A stretch of DNA of 64,000 bases from Octopus bimaculoides (lineage: Eukaryota), in NCBI RefSeq assembly GCF_001194135.2, contig NC_068992.1, forward strand, positions 45,569,817-45,633,816. The letters are read 5' to 3'. Of this stretch, positions 38,712-53,613 are shown piece by piece (the first letter of the stretch is position 1; the number at the start of each line of letters is the position of its first letter). The position numbers were made by a program, and so were the translations under genes. The notes under the pieces were generated by a model. It had not been told where the DNA came from and did not search any database. It saw only the letters and a list, made by a program, of their open reading frames with translations.

Positions 38712-39179
38712 TATTATGTTAATTTAGATTATTTTGAACGGGCTTCTTTAGATAATGTTCTTGATTCTGAGAGTCCATGTAGTAAACTTCCAGTAGCACT
38801 TTCAATAAGTTTTTTTGTATTACCTCAAATCAGTCTGCATACATTATTTCGAATGGTTTAAATGAAAAGAATTACAAGTTCAGTTATCATGTGTTAACAT
38901 GTGCATAGGTTTTTGGGAGGTGTATAAATTCATATTGCTCGCACACGCGCGTGTGTGCGTGTGTAATTCATATCACATCAGTTCATTGAAACTTGCCGTA
39001 ATTGTAATTGGATATCTCCGTACACAGTGACATAATTATTAGTTCTTCAAACTACTCCAAGTCAAACTTCTTAACGAAAATGTTTAAAAATGATAGATTT
39101 TAAAGAACAGTGAACTTTTGGTGCGACTACGAATCGACTAGTCGACAGGGAGTACAGAGACATCTTAGTTGTTTTGCAT

Positions 39180-39218
<39 letters not shown>

Positions 39219-41404
39219 AATATGTGGGTGTGTATACCTATATATCTACTTACACACAGACAGATACACACACACACATATATATACGTATATGTGTACG
39301 CGCGCGTGTGTGTTTGCCTGCGTGTGTGTATGCGTGTGCACGTATGTGTAGCTTACTAATGTTGTCTGTGTGCGTGTACCTGTCTATATTTGTTCTTATT
39401 TTAAATGATTAATGGGCGTGGAAAACAAAATCATGGCCACCATTTTTCAACAGTTCTTTTCAAATGATCGTAGAAAAAATTTCAAAGAATGTTTCCTTAC
39501 CGAATACGAAATATTTTATGAATGTTTCAACTGTTTCATTATAAGCTGTTACATAAACAAGTGTTTAAAATGTAGGCAAGATGTGCTTCCTGACCTAAAC
39601 CTACTGAATTCGCAATAAAACACAACATCAAAGAAATCTGTTTTCCGTGATAATGTATACTTTTGGAAAATATAATCAATAATTTGAAGAAATATTTATT
39701 ATGTATGTATATTCACAACGTAGTGTTGGTTTTTAATGCATATGTAAATTTTAAATGTTTTATACTTGCATATATTTACCGATCGATCTACGATTATAGC
39801 TATCTCTGTCTATTTCTTATTTCCTTTTATTATATGCACTTCTCTCTCCTTCTTTCTCTTTTTCCAACTCTCTCACTTTATATATATTACGCATATATAT
39901 ATATATACATATATATATATATNNNNNNNNNNNNNNNNNNNNNNNNNNNNNNNNNNNNNNNNNNNNNNNNNNNNNNNNNNNNNNNNNNNNNNNNNNNNNN
40001 NNNNNNNNNNNNNNNNNNNNNNNNNNNNNNNNNNNNNNNNNNNNNNNNNNNNNNNNNNNNNNNNNNNNNNNNNNNNNNNNNNNNNNNNNNNNNNNNNNNN
40101 NNNNNNNNNNNNNNNNNNNNNNNNNNNNNNNNNNNNNNNNNNNNNNNNNNNNNNNNNNNNNNNNNNNNNNNNNNNNNNNNNNNNNNNNNNNNNNNNNNNN
40201 NNNNNNNNNNNNNNNNNNNNNNNNNNNNNNNNNNNNNNNNNNNNNNNNNNATATATATAATATACATATACATATATATATGTTTACATACATATATATT
40301 CGTTTGTAGATTTCAATGCTAGGGACGACCGAGTAGCTAACGATACAACGCATGAATAGAGGTTCGTGAAAAGATCACACAACATTTTGACCCAAATGTT
40401 GTCGCTAAAGCCTCATCACAGCTCAGCTTCTCTTTCGCGTGGGCGCGTGCATTCACTTCGTCGTAGACCCCCATCACTTACATCTTCGCACATGCAAAAA
40501 TAAATCATGCTTCATCGTTTACATGCAGTGAGTCTATGTAGGAAGAAATTCACAACAGTTTCTAAATGAACTCTTTGAAAAATGTTGGTTTGGATTGTTC
40601 GTTAATATAAACGACCTACTTATTGTAAGGTCACAGAGTCTGTACGTAAGCTACTTTTAGGTGTCAAGGTGACTGCTGAACGACCGAGGAAAAGGGAAGC
40701 GTTGCATGAACGTATAAGTGCCTTTTGTGTGAATGTATCTTAAAATGAAAAAGTCATATCGAATTCTGATAACATCATTTTCATTTTTACTATGCTCTAT
40801 CTGGAGATTAAACAGACACATACCTCACCAATATAACTTGTTTTGTGTCTTTACCACCACATGGTATACCCGGTATTAGCTGCTACTGAAGCTAGAACTG
40901 AAGTAATGACAGCTTAATGATTGTGGCATGTAGCCAACAAATTATCCATGGATTTATAATGTCAATAATTAAAAAGTCTAAAAATTATCTCGTGACCCCC
41001 TGATCCTGGACCAACACTAATTTTCAGAATGTCGCGGTTGTCGAAAGTCACGCCTTCAATATATACTAGAATATTTGAAAATTGTGGATAGAAAATAGAT
41101 TGAAAATAAAGAGGATGATGGCACAAAAGAAAATTGGTAAGTTGTGATGGTAAAAATGGATCTCAATTTCTTTTTCTTTAAACGAAATATGATATAAAAT
41201 TATTTTAGAAAGAGAATGTGTTGGAGTCAGCTCGTTTGAAATAACAAAGAAAGAAAAGCTGCAAAAGCATCTGAGATAGAAAACTACTGTCATGTGAATA
41301 TTTAGTGGAACGTTAAGCAAAACAGTGCAATATGTGTATTGTTTGTGATCGTCTCTAAACAACGTAGGCAATAAAAGGAACAATTCTTTCTCCCTTAGGC
41401 TGCA

Positions 41405-42560
41405 TGAAGAAATCAATGGCAGAACACCCAAGGATATGAAAATTGTAATTGGTCATCTAAATATGAAAGCTGGCAACAGCATAGGTGGCATGCAACAGGC
41501 AAAGATAGGCGAAGAGACGAAAATTAAGATAGTGCAAGATGATTAACTTCTGCCCAGTCAACAAGCAATCTCATCCTAGTAGAAAATTTCTTTACACATA
41601 TGTATATCCATAAATATATTTAGACGTCTGAAATCAACGACGCCAAATATCGCTACTGGATGCTAAAACATACCGAGCTGCAGATGAAAGAAGTGAATAC
41701 CAGTTAGCAACCTATACTTTTCAGTAAAGGCTAATTGTTGAAGAATTGAAGGAAAAATTGCCAGCGCTTATGCGGTTAAGTTGTAGGGTAGTACAATTTA
41801 AGGTATTTTTGTAACTGATTTCTGAAATCAGTTTGTAGCACTTGAAACTATAAGTGAAAATGGTGTAGATAGCCATGATGCAAGGAAGAATGTAAAGGAC
41901 AGTTAACAGATTTTAACAACAGTTGTTCTTAACAGAAGAAAAGCAGAAGAAAGTAACAAATTTTAGATGAAACATGTACTTTACTTAGAGATAAATGCAA
42001 CAAAAGAAAAAAAATTGTTGAAATTTAAAGACTAGCATGAATCAAAAATGGAAACAACTAAATATTAGAATCTCAATAGAGTGAAAATGTGCTCAAGACA
42101 AAATATAAGATTCTTGGAAGTGAAATATGAGGTAGATAAATTACTCAATTCAGGAGACAGCAGAGGAATTAGAAGTGATTATAAAAATAAATGACATTAA
42201 AGGCAAAGTGATCAGAGATCTGTATCTTTTCAGTATTGATTTTTGATCGCCAGCTTATAAATACTGATAACATCCATGAAATATGGAAAGTATATATCAA
42301 TACCCTCGTGAACAAAGATCTTAAAAGGAGAAACATTTTGATAATTCCTGAAACACAGATATTGGTGGGTAGCTGCACATGAAATATATTTTCAAGAAAT
42401 AACAAGCGCCACTTAAAATTAAAGAACGCAAAATGCCCTTGGCTCAAAGAAGATTGCAAGAAATATTCTAAAAATGATATGCCTATGAATGCAAGATAAT
42501 TATTGAAGTTGCTTGATGAAATATGCAATATAGGTTAGAGATCAAAGATTGGAAGTTTGG
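41405..42560 (+). mobile_element. Very old RTE-like LINE relic (AP endonuclease to start of RT)
   Basis: TPKDMKIVIGHLNMKAG (cf. IVxGDxNAKVG), IHKYI*TS, KTYRAADERSEYQL (cf. RGADxxSDHxL), LKNAKCP; heavily interrupted. Confidence 0.55.
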
Positions 42561-42774
42561 GTTAACGATAAAAGGAGGACTGAACTCAGATAGTGTGGCC
42601 ACTGGAGGTGGAGGTTAACCTTCAGTAGCGTATGAGTATTGCGTGCGTTCAGTTTCATTCTCCTTAATAGGACATCAAGTGTTTTTTTTTATAGAATACT
42701 GGCACAATTGACAAGCATATGACGCTATCAAGTACTAAGGCAAACAGAGTACTCCATTTAGGGTAAAGGTTAAA

Positions 42775-43111
42775 AAGACCCACTTCGGTCATGAATGACC
42801 TAGAAAGTTGTCATGAAGGACCTAGAAATTTTTCCTCCAGGGCACAAGTCCGGATAAGGTTGTTTTATGGAAGACCAACAGTCGCCCATGCATACCAGCT
42901 GCCCCCTCCTCGCCATCAATGTTATCCGAGGGAAAGGCAATATCCGATACAGCTTGGCACCAGTGACCTCACAACTCATCTCTACAGCTGAGTGAACTGG
43001 AGTAACGTGAAATAAAGTGTCTTGCTCATGAACGCACCACAGCCTAGTCCGAGAATGAACTCACAACCTCATGATTCTGACCCCAATGCTCTAACCACTG
43101 AACCAGATTGC
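42775..43111 (-). mobile_element. tRNA-derived SINE, family C, with CORE/MIR-like central block
   Basis: Minus strand has GGTTCAGTGGTTAGAGCATTGG (A box), GAGTTCATTCTC (degraded B box) and CATGAGCAAGACACTTTATTTCACGTTACTCCAGTTCACTCAGCTGTAG. Confidence 0.85.
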
Positions 43112-43551
43112 TGGATTCAGAGGCAAGAGTGCTCACCATTACACCCGGAGAAACGAAGACGTGATAGCCTAATGTTTAATGTTCGGTTTACTTACAAAAG
43201 TCCAAGGACTCCAATTCTGAACCGGGCAACGAGTTATGTAGAAAGGCGCTTCATCTCATGGAAATCAAGTAGATGCGAGCCGTCAAGCTGGGAGGGTAGT
43301 CCATATACAACGACGCGTACCTTTGTTGGGTTGTGGTCGTTTCCAACCAAACATCATTTTTCTTTTTATTCTCTACTGACAAAGAGAATAAGAACGTGGT
43401 GGACAGACCACAGGTTATTTTCTATAACGCTACCCAGACATTTTAGATTATGCCATGCTCCCATGGTTCCAACCACCATCTCACCCCTTCACAGAAAACA
43501 TTCCTGCAACACATTCAGTGTTACTACAACAAATACTTTTAATGTAGATAT

Positions 43552-43557
<6 letters not shown>

Positions 43558-43648
<91 letters not shown>
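43558..43648. repeat. (TG)n microsatellite
   Basis: Directly visible. Confidence 0.97.
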
Positions 43649-43650
<2 letters not shown>

Positions 43651-44097
43651 TTACTCAGTCCTTTTATTTAATTGACAAAAATGTAACAAATATGCGTCTG
43701 TGTGTGTTTCTGTATGTATTACTTACATTACAAAATATAAAGTAATTGAAGTATATTTCTACTAAAATATTGATAAAGGGATGTTCACTGATTTCTGCTA
43801 TGAATTCAAGGACCTTTACATAAGAAACACATTGAACCTCATATAACAGGAAGGAGGAATTAAAATTACAACTTCAGATTAAAGAGCAGAAAAGTCACAT
43901 TTGATTCCTACTGAACATTAACATGATGCAGCCATTTTGTTTTTGTCTTTTTAATTAGAAAAGACAGCTGGTTGGCATTTGTTATTGGCATTTACATACG
44001 CATACGCATGCACGCAAAGACACATGCGCAAACGATTACACATACACACACATGCCACATATGTATACATGTGCGTGTATTGTATATATACATATGT

Positions 44098-44208
<111 letters not shown>

Positions 44209-44247
44209 CGGAGATACGTGTGTATGCCCAAATATAATGTGTAGACA

Positions 44248-44286
<39 letters not shown>

Positions 44287-44899
44287 ATATTTACGCAAGG
44301 ATATATAAACATATGCCTATGTAGATCTGTAGATCTGTGCGGACGAATGATCGTATGCTGATAAGTGTGTGTATGAATGGTGGTGGTAGGTAGGGGTGTT
44401 TCTATTAATGAATAATCGATTATTTTTAAGGAGATTACGAAATGAAATGAAACTAAGAATTATCTGACGAAAAGTAAGCTGATAAGAAACTCTCTCTATG
44501 TCTTATATATTTAGGTGTCTCTTTGTATGCGCGTGTGCATGTGCATATACCAAAATATCTCTGTGCACTCTATGTTTGCTTCTACAAATATACACATACA
44601 CATCCGTATAGAATTATGTATACATGTGTGTGTATGTCTATGTGTGTGAATGTTTATATTTGTGTGTGAGTATGCATACAAGAGAAACACATATATGAAG
44701 GCAGCTCTAAAATCTCATTGGTCTCCTTTTATGGAATTGTAAATGTACGTCTTATGTAACCTTGGAAAAGATTAGTCTTCTGATGGATACCATTTCCTAT
44801 ATTTAGCCCCACTGCTAACATACACACATCTATTACAATTTTGTCATGCAATTCCTTAAATCTGAAATTGATTCCAGGTTTTCATATAAAACACTGATT

Positions 44900-46300
44900 G
44901 GCAGATTTAAACCAATTTATTTCGGTACTGTTACTGATCATGGATTGCAGAATAATCCCATTGTCTGACACCTGTCATCTGGTTTCGACATATGAGCGTT
45001 GAGTTTTCTAACTTAATAGAATTTCAAATTCTCTGTCCACGCAACTATCCTTACAGCCATACTTCCGAAACGCATTCCTGTTCTGTATGCACACATCCAT
45101 GAAGAGTTTGTCTACAAATATCTATCTAGGTCAATTATTTGTTTAATAAACCATGCTTTAATCCAAGCATACACACATTTCTTTATTCTTTCCATCCATT
45201 CCTATATATCATCCCTCAGTCACCACCTTATGAACACTATCATATATCCTACACGTTGTATAAACGCATCAACACACAGAATGTTGATACGAGTTTCGAC
45301 TGCTTTCAAATTATGTATTCATTTCTTATAAATTCTCTAAAAGTGTGCCCCAAACATATATTCTTCCATTTTGTCCCCTTATTGTGTTCCCTCTTTTATC
45401 CCAAGCCACAATCTGGAGTACGGGTCACACCTACGGAGCAATGCCGCTGTAGCTACTGCAACATTTCATCAAATCCGGTGTACTGCGACGTTTTTTCAGT
45501 GATCTACAATTTATTGTGGTGCAGTAATGGAATCTTCTCTCCTTTTTGAACCCATTCTCAACCCTTTCTTGAATCTCGGTGTTCTCTCTTTCATTTAGAC
45601 ATTATCAATCCTGATTGAGTTCTCTCTGATTCTCACAATTTTATTTTCAATACATTCTAGAGTGCTGCTAATATTCCATCAAATACGCTGGTCTCTAAAT
45701 TTAACTTTTGTCAGCCATATAGTTTTTCCTATATATTAACAACTTACTTGATGTTTTATTTAGTCGAAGAAAGATCACAATTTCTTTCTTCTTACAACTT
45801 CTGCATTTGAGCTAAAGCATTCATGACAAACATGCGCTGATGAATCCATGAACAGGAGACCTCAAAACGTCTTCCGATACTTTATACTAATGTACCGGAT
45901 TTCAACATTAAACTAAACAAATGACAGCATTTAATTTATTTATTCGATAATATATGCAATTATATTATATTGATTGCTGAAGCGATATCTTAACATAAAT
46001 CATTCGGAGCAATTGTTTTATACAGGTCTGCATTCAACAGCAGCCAGAATAATATAACTTAGAGATCTGCCTTAGCCTTCACAAGCTTACAACTACTGAT
46101 ACTTGGGAGAGCTGTTCTGCACTTGAAGAACTGTGGTTTCATGTCGGTCATTAATAATAGATCAATTAAAATAGATCAATTGAAATCAAATTCCATATAA
46201 TCGTATCTAATATTAAAGCAAAACCTTCCAAAAATCTCACGGATCCAAAGAATATTGATTATTCCTGGGTTTCCTTGTTGCTATTCAAATTAAGATATTT
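44900..46300 (-). mobile_element. Possible extremely decayed non-LTR RT relic (clade uncertain)
   Basis: Only scattered motif echoes on the minus strand (DFWKVL, LT*ID, GVRQWD for GxxQGD); no continuous frame. Confidence 0.25.
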
Positions 46301-46599
46301 GAATATTATCAGTTTATTGAAACCTTATCCCTATTTGATAGTTTAAACTAAAGAGAAAACAGATGAACCCAGAACTAAAATAATTGAAGATTCTTATAAA
46401 CGAATTTTCCTTTGATCTCGTCGTTATTATTTACATATTTATAGAAACTTTCCCGTGTCAAGCTTATGCAGACCGCATTATGGAAGTTAAGCGGACGTTG
46501 GCAGATAATGTTTAGTAAAGAATTGGCAATAGTAAAAATTTTAAGGCTGGCCTAATTAGAAACTTATAAATACTTTAAGGCAGGCATTGCAGCTGACGT

Positions 46600-47550
46600 G
46601 TTTGCAGAAAGAATGATCCTAAGCCAATTATTCATGGTGAAGCAGGATGGCCGCGTTGTTAAAGATTAGCTGCATGCTCTGACTCACGAAGGTACAAATG
46701 GTGTTCGATGGACCAGAATTGCTGTGGCACTACAACAAACCACAATTCGGTGTTTGTCAGAGCAAGATGAACGCACACTACGTGATAGCATGTAGAAATG
46801 GGCTGCTTTTGAGCCACACCTCAGTGGATTGATCCAGAGATCTAACGGGTTTAAAAGAAGGATGCATCTCAAGTCTAATCTTCATAGCCAGTCTCGACTC
46901 TGGGCAAGAGAGAAGTGACGTTGCAAAAAGCCGATAACTGCCACCGAAATACGGAAAGCAATGGCTAGTTGCGCGAATGGAATATCGCCTGATTCAGATT
47001 ATCTGCGCTACGAGTTTAACACTTATGTCAGACTAGTTAGATGGCCTCTTAGCAAATATTTACCACAAGTGGCAGTAGCATGAGAATATTTTCACTTCTG
47101 TAAACCAAGGGACGGTACTGATGCTGAGAAATGACCCGTCCATGAGGAGTCACATTAATAATTTTCGCTCCTAAATTTTACTAAACGTAGATTTCAAAAC
47201 TTAGGTCATGGTGTTAGTGAAAAGGTTGTTGCTTGTCTTTGGAGTCTGGTGATGCGCAAATATTAACCATCATTTATCCACGACAACCTCTACTTCATCT
47301 GAAACATCAATGAGAGAATTGGTGCGGTACCTAATCGGATGAGTCCCTGATCAACTTAAATCAGTTGAAAGCCTTGGTTAGACCACTGAAACATGGAAGC
47401 TGACCATATGGCAATCAGTTTCAATCTTGTCTTCATGTGCTAGATTGCTGCATTTTTTGGTGACATATGCTCAGTGATTAGTGTAAATGGTCACCAATCA
47501 AAACCGTTCATTATTATGTACTCAGTTCATCAAAGTTTTTCCCTCTAGTG

Positions 47551-47589
<39 letters not shown>

Positions 47590-48280
47590 ACTCCAGACCT
47601 ACTTTTCTGCAGAAGTTAGAGATGTTTGCATCTCGCGTGTACTTAGATGCAGATGAACTCCATTGAAACGGACTCCAAGCCCATATCGATCCCGCTCAGA
47701 GCCAACGGGGTTGTAACAGAAGCTAAAATTAAGAAGGAAACGCTGGTTGTGTATGCAACACGTTGTCTGGAGAGGCAAGTCCTAACCATCTAACAACGTC
47801 GTGCCGCGTTGAACAGACAGACCAGTTAAATTTCTTTGATTTGGTTCAGATCTCTAAGGAAAAAAGAACCGCGATGAGGTGATAAGCAAGTGACTATTCT
47901 CATTCTGAAATGGACCAAAGAGAAATTATACTTGAAAGGTTGAGTGGAATGGCGTGTAACTACAGATATGGTAGATGCGATTGCCGTTTGTCAGACGTGT
48001 CTTACACCAGTTCGTCTCTTCGACATATCTGTAATTCTTGATAAGGAAATGGCCGTTTTTTGTTTGCATTTCCTTTGTGGTTTCTGGCGAAAGCTGCTAT
48101 GTAATGGAAAAGACAGATGCCCACCTCTTTGGTCAAGCCTTCATTATATTTTCAATTTCTACTTGAAAATGCAAACGTGAGTTGAGAGGAAATTGCTATT
48201 ACCCAACAGAATTGTTGAAAAGTATCTGAGATTGACGAGCATGGTTTAAGTAAAGGGAGCATACCTGCCACTCTCATTCA
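46600..48280 (+). mobile_element. L1/Tx1-like ORF2 relic (RT core plus C-terminus) with internal deletions and a (TA)n insertion
   Basis: PITATEIRKAMASCANGISPDSDYLRYEF (cf. GKSPGPDGLxxEFY), NNFRS*ILLNVDFKT*VMVLVKRL (cf. NYRPISLLNxDYKILAKxLAxRL), FIHDNL, LINLNQLKA (cf. LDxxKAFD), FNFYLKMQT*VERKLL. Confidence 0.85.
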
Positions 48281-51200
48281 CCTATATTTTCACTATAGAT
48301 TTATTACACCGAATTCAGCCCAACTAACATAAGGTGTACACCAACTGACAGCGTCTAAAGCTAGTTAGACCGACCAGAATTTTGTATGTAGAAATTAAAT
48401 TATCATAATCCTGAAGAAGTAAAACAGGCTAGCACAGACTGAAGCATCGAAAATGGTAAGATAAGATCAAAAGCAATTGGAAAATTAACTATAATTATAT
48501 TGGTAACTGTTTCAGCAATAAAATCAAACAGAGATAAAGGCCGAAAATAACCACAGAAATCCCGGCCACTCGATGCTGGTGTAATGACGACGAAGACGAC
48601 GACGATGACAGCTACAACAACATTAACAACATCAAAATCATGTCGACAACAATCTTAACAATAACATTAACATTATGAAACACCAGTAACAAAAAGTGTA
48701 GCAACAATAACAACAACATCAATTTTGTTAATATTTCTCTATTAACATACTTGCAGCAAAATGCGTCTGTTTCACTGCAATAATGAAACTTAGACACACG
48801 CATACACACATACATACATCCGCTTACACACATACATATATACACATGCGCTTACACACGCACAAACAGACATACAAGAATAAATGCTAACGTATAAACA
48901 CACACACATACACGTCCGTACACGTATCCTACCAGAACAAAACGAAACAAATAGAATAGAATAGAAAAAAAAAATTTAAATTGATTCGACTTCAATAAAA
49001 CTAAAAGGGTGGGGTTTAGAAATGGTATAATTAAAATGTATAAATCACAGAGAAAGCCTTTTAAAGGTAGAATGATTTATGTGACGATTTCAAGAGAATG
49101 GTACGGTATTGTTACTGGAATAAAAACAAGGGAAAAAGAGATGAAATGAGAAAAAAGCAAATAAAAGAAATGAAATAAATACGATGATAAATGTTTTGAA
49201 AATAAATTATAGGCTCAGCAGAGTAACATCAACGGAAGCAAGCATTTCTGAGGCAGGAAGATGAAGATCAGAGGCAGCGGACGCAACAACTAAAAGATGT
49301 AATATAATTGGTTAGATTTTTGTATGTCATCAAAACAAAAGTTTGCAGCCATAGTGACTGCAAAAATCAATTAAATTCTTAGAATCGAAAATATTTGCAT
49401 CTGGTTGCGTAGAAATAATACTGCAAAACCAACATGCACACACACACACACACACACATATATGTATGTATGTATAATGTTTGTGTGTATTGGTAAGTGT
49501 ATATCTGTGTGTATATATATATGTATGCATGTCTTTGGTGATTTTTTNNNNNNNNNNNNNNNNNNNNNNNNNNNNNNNNNNNNNNNNNNNNNNNNNNNNN
49601 NNNNNNNNNNNNNNNNNNNNNNNNNNNNNNNNNNNNNNNNNNNNNNNNNNNNNNNNNNNNNNNNNNNNNNNNNNNNNNNNNNNNNNNNNNNNNNNNNNNN
49701 NNTGTATAATGTTTGTGTGTATTGGTAAGTGTATATCTGTGTGTATATATATATATATATAGGTATGTGTGTATAATACACACAGACACACAAACATGTA
49801 TATATATATATGAATGCGTCTGTGCGTATGTTTGGGGGTGTAGTTGGGTTAGAAGTCCATCCAAAATTGTTTTACTACAACATTTATTATTATAGCCTAA
49901 CTCTTTAAGATAAGTAGTTTATATGTGTGTGTATGTATGTGTATTTTAAATGATTGCATCAACAGATCCGGTAACATACTTCTTTAGAAATGTTTGCTCA
50001 ATGTATTAAAGACAATGTAGAAATCTTAGTGTTGTTTTGTTGAAATATTTTTACAAAAACACTGCGTTTCTAGCATCCATCCATTAGCAACTGAAAACTT
50101 TTGATCTTTAAAGTAATATCGTCTAAAATTACTAGTTATGAGTTACAAATTAGATAAAATAACATCACGAGACATCTTTAATAAGAGTTGGGGAGCTGGG
50201 TATAGTTTTTCCCAGTAATGGAGATACACACAATATGAAACTAGCTTTGAAAAGGCTTTTCATGCGGCATCACCTATAAATAACAGATGCAGCCAATATT
50301 TCAATAAAGCACTTAGTTTTAATCAGTATAAAACCCAGCGTCCATTTACATTGAAGAGCCGCCGCTAAAATTCCTCTGCATGTGTTAATGGATGACAGAG
50401 AAATTACTTTCAATTTATTGATAATTTCCTAACTTTGAAAAATATTATTATAGTTTGTCGGTGGACGACAAATAAACGGAATAATTTTGGTTTCATTTTT
50501 CATGTTATCGACGTATTTGTATTAATTTATTCTCATTTCGATAAATGCAGATATCTATCAATACATGGAGTATGTATCGGTTACTGCTTGTATGTTCATA
50601 TATATGTATTGTATGTATACATGTGTGGGTGTGTGGGTGTGTATGTATGTGTGTGTGAACCATTATGCGAAAGGAGATACCAGACAAGACAAACTGCACA
50701 AAATAATGAAAACGCACACACATATATATGTGCATATATATATATATATGGAATATTCCAAATAGTGAAGAGTAAATCATAATTTAGCAATTTAAATCCT
50801 TTGACGAAATTTGTTTCTCTTGGAATATCTGCAAAAGAACTGGTAGTGTTATAGTGTTGACACTTTTTGTAGTTAAATCTTGCTTAAATCTTCCATTGCA
50901 ATGATGAGAATAATGATTGGTTAGGATGATGCTAACACTGATGTTGAGGAGGACAGGGTCGATAACTGATGATGATGGTTAATACCTTAATAACATGCAA
51001 ACTATGCACTATTGCTTTGGACAATGGCGGTATAACATGCATAATGAACTACCGTGTGCCGCCAAATGCAATGTTCTGGAGTGTGCAGTACTCTCGTCTG
51101 CAAGCAGTTAGTACGGTGGTTACCCACATGTAACAAGTCTATTTGATAGAAGTTGAATGCGGATACAAAATTACTGTTACAATATTACACACCATTCTTT

Positions 51201-52329
51201 AATAACAATGATCTATAGTCCTACAAAAATATTTCACTGTTCTTCAGTATGTCATTCTTCAAACATGAAACTGTCCAAGTATTTTGAGGATAATAAAGAT
51301 GATTCGGGTTGCTAGAGGCAGCTTATTGCCTGCTACATTATGTTACACCAGGGGGAAAGACGTTAAAATCCCAACAGCCATCTTCATCTTGCTGTAAATA
51401 AAAACTACAGTGCCTACAATTCGATTCAGAGTATGTTCTCTTGTTACTAACACTAAATGTAGATGTAATTTCAGACCTCATACCACTCCTTTGTTTCCCA
51501 AATAACTTCGTCACCCCCACAAGGTTTCCTTCGCAACAGTTTCTTTACCCATTTCATCCACGTTCTTAGAATATGACACGTTATGCAGGCGGAATGGTCG
51601 CGGTGGGTAAACCTACGGTCAAACGTCAGGGCTGCCGTTTTGCTAGAAAAACCGTATTCACCGATGAGATCAAGAGAAGGCTTTTACATTTTTACTCGTC
51701 TGAGTAGAAAAAGCAAACCAGTGTATTTCAAATCATCCCGTTTCAGCTAAAGACTATATGAAATACGAATCTCCCAAAACAAAACAAAAAATGTTTTCAT
51801 AAATTAAGACGCGATCGGCATATTTAGAATGTATTGCATCAAAAATCCTTTAGACTTGGCTTAACCTGAGAGGTATACTAGATCGTCCCTTTTTAGCCAC
51901 TCCCCACCTCTAAACAAATTAGATATTTACCTATTAATCGTATGTCACCTTCTTTAGACGAACGCTTGAAATAACGTGAAGTGTGGACCTGAAAGTAAAA
52001 CAGTGCTACTTCAAATGCAGCTGTATACAAAAGTGTTTTGTTTTACGCTCCAGGGAAACACGGTAATTCTTATTATTTTCGTTCGACATAAAGAACGTCA
52101 TTCCATAATGGTTTTGGTACGCTTTTAGTTTTGTTTTAATGATAGGAAGAACATTTTTCTTTACAAATTATTTCTACACGAAGATAATTCGAGAAATCAC
52201 TATTTTTATTAACGATGCATGATTAAAAACAGAATTCTGATCACTAACACACACATAAACACATGCGCATAGACATGTGTATGTCTGTCTGTGTCTCTCT
52301 ATATATGTATTTGTATGGAATGTATACGT

Positions 52330-52347
52330 CTTATCTCTTTCTCTCTT

Positions 52348-52386
<39 letters not shown>

Positions 52387-52393
52387 CCACACC

Positions 52394-52475
<82 letters not shown>
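52330..52475. repeat. (CT)/(CA)n/(TA)n compound microsatellite
   Basis: Directly visible. Confidence 0.95.
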
Positions 52476-52480
<5 letters not shown>

Positions 52481-53475
52481 TTGTATACACAAAACAAAAA
52501 CTGTTTTTGGGTAATATACTTTCAAATAAGGATATCGTATAAATAATAACTACGTGATGAATCGAATAAAACTGACTCAGTTGTATCAAGTAAGACAGAA
52601 AAAGAAAGTAAATGAAAAAATAATTATGATAAATTGTTTCGAAAATATAAAAAGATGTCAGAATTGTATTTCAAAACGACTAAAAGATGGATGGAAAAGA
52701 GACGAGGTTTCTTACTAAGAAAACAAAACAAACTAATCGAGAAAACATGGATCCTTTGAAATTTGAAATAAATTCTTGGAACAAAATAGAATTTAAAGAT
52801 TTTTTTCTAAGCATTCGTTTGTATATATAAATTCTATAGTGAAGAAATTCTGAAAAGACAGATTTGTGTATAGGTAGAGTTTTATCGTGCAAACCAGTCG
52901 AGTAACACTTACTGTCTCCCGCTTTGAAATATTATCACAAATAATCAGCGTTTTAATATATATGTGTGCATGAATGTCTATATATGTATACATTCACACA
53001 CAGAGATACACACACATACTCGTATATAAACACACGCACACACAAACACACACACACACATAAATATACATACACGTAAATGTCGAGCGATAAAAATGAG
53101 TGTATAACACCGCATTGGTGGATAGAATTTCTCTATTTGTGTATTACGGCTACCATTGAATTCAAGTTAAGAAAAAATGTAAAAATATTTTAATATCGTA
53201 ACTACTTTTCAAGCCGATCACACGGCGGATTGATTTCCGTATCCATTTTGAATTAAAACACAAAGTCTCGTTGAATTTGCGGAAATTCTCGTACACTTTT
53301 CACCTATGTTCTTATTTCTTGTTTTTTTCCATGGCTTGTTTTGATTCTCTTTTCGTGTTTAGTGTTTAACCGGTGTTTGAGGACGTTGGAAGCATTGATA
53401 CGCAAACGATGAACGATGAAAATAAGTGGTGAACACTGCATTGGTGAATATGTATGCATGTACACACACATATAG

Positions 53476-53613
<138 letters not shown>

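Noticed and set aside
35980-43111. tRNA-like heads at about 36.0 and 43.1 kb as tRNA genes
   Set aside because: They are SINE heads attached to repeat bodies and tails and do not form complete cloverleafs
43022-43675. 217-aa plus ORF
   Set aside because: Starts in the antisense of a SINE and ends in a (TG)n tract; the middle has no recognisable domain
49471-49754. 52-bp exact duplicate on either side of the gap (49471-49522 and 49703-49754)
   Set aside because: Most simply an unmerged contig overlap or haplotype artefact at a gap edge
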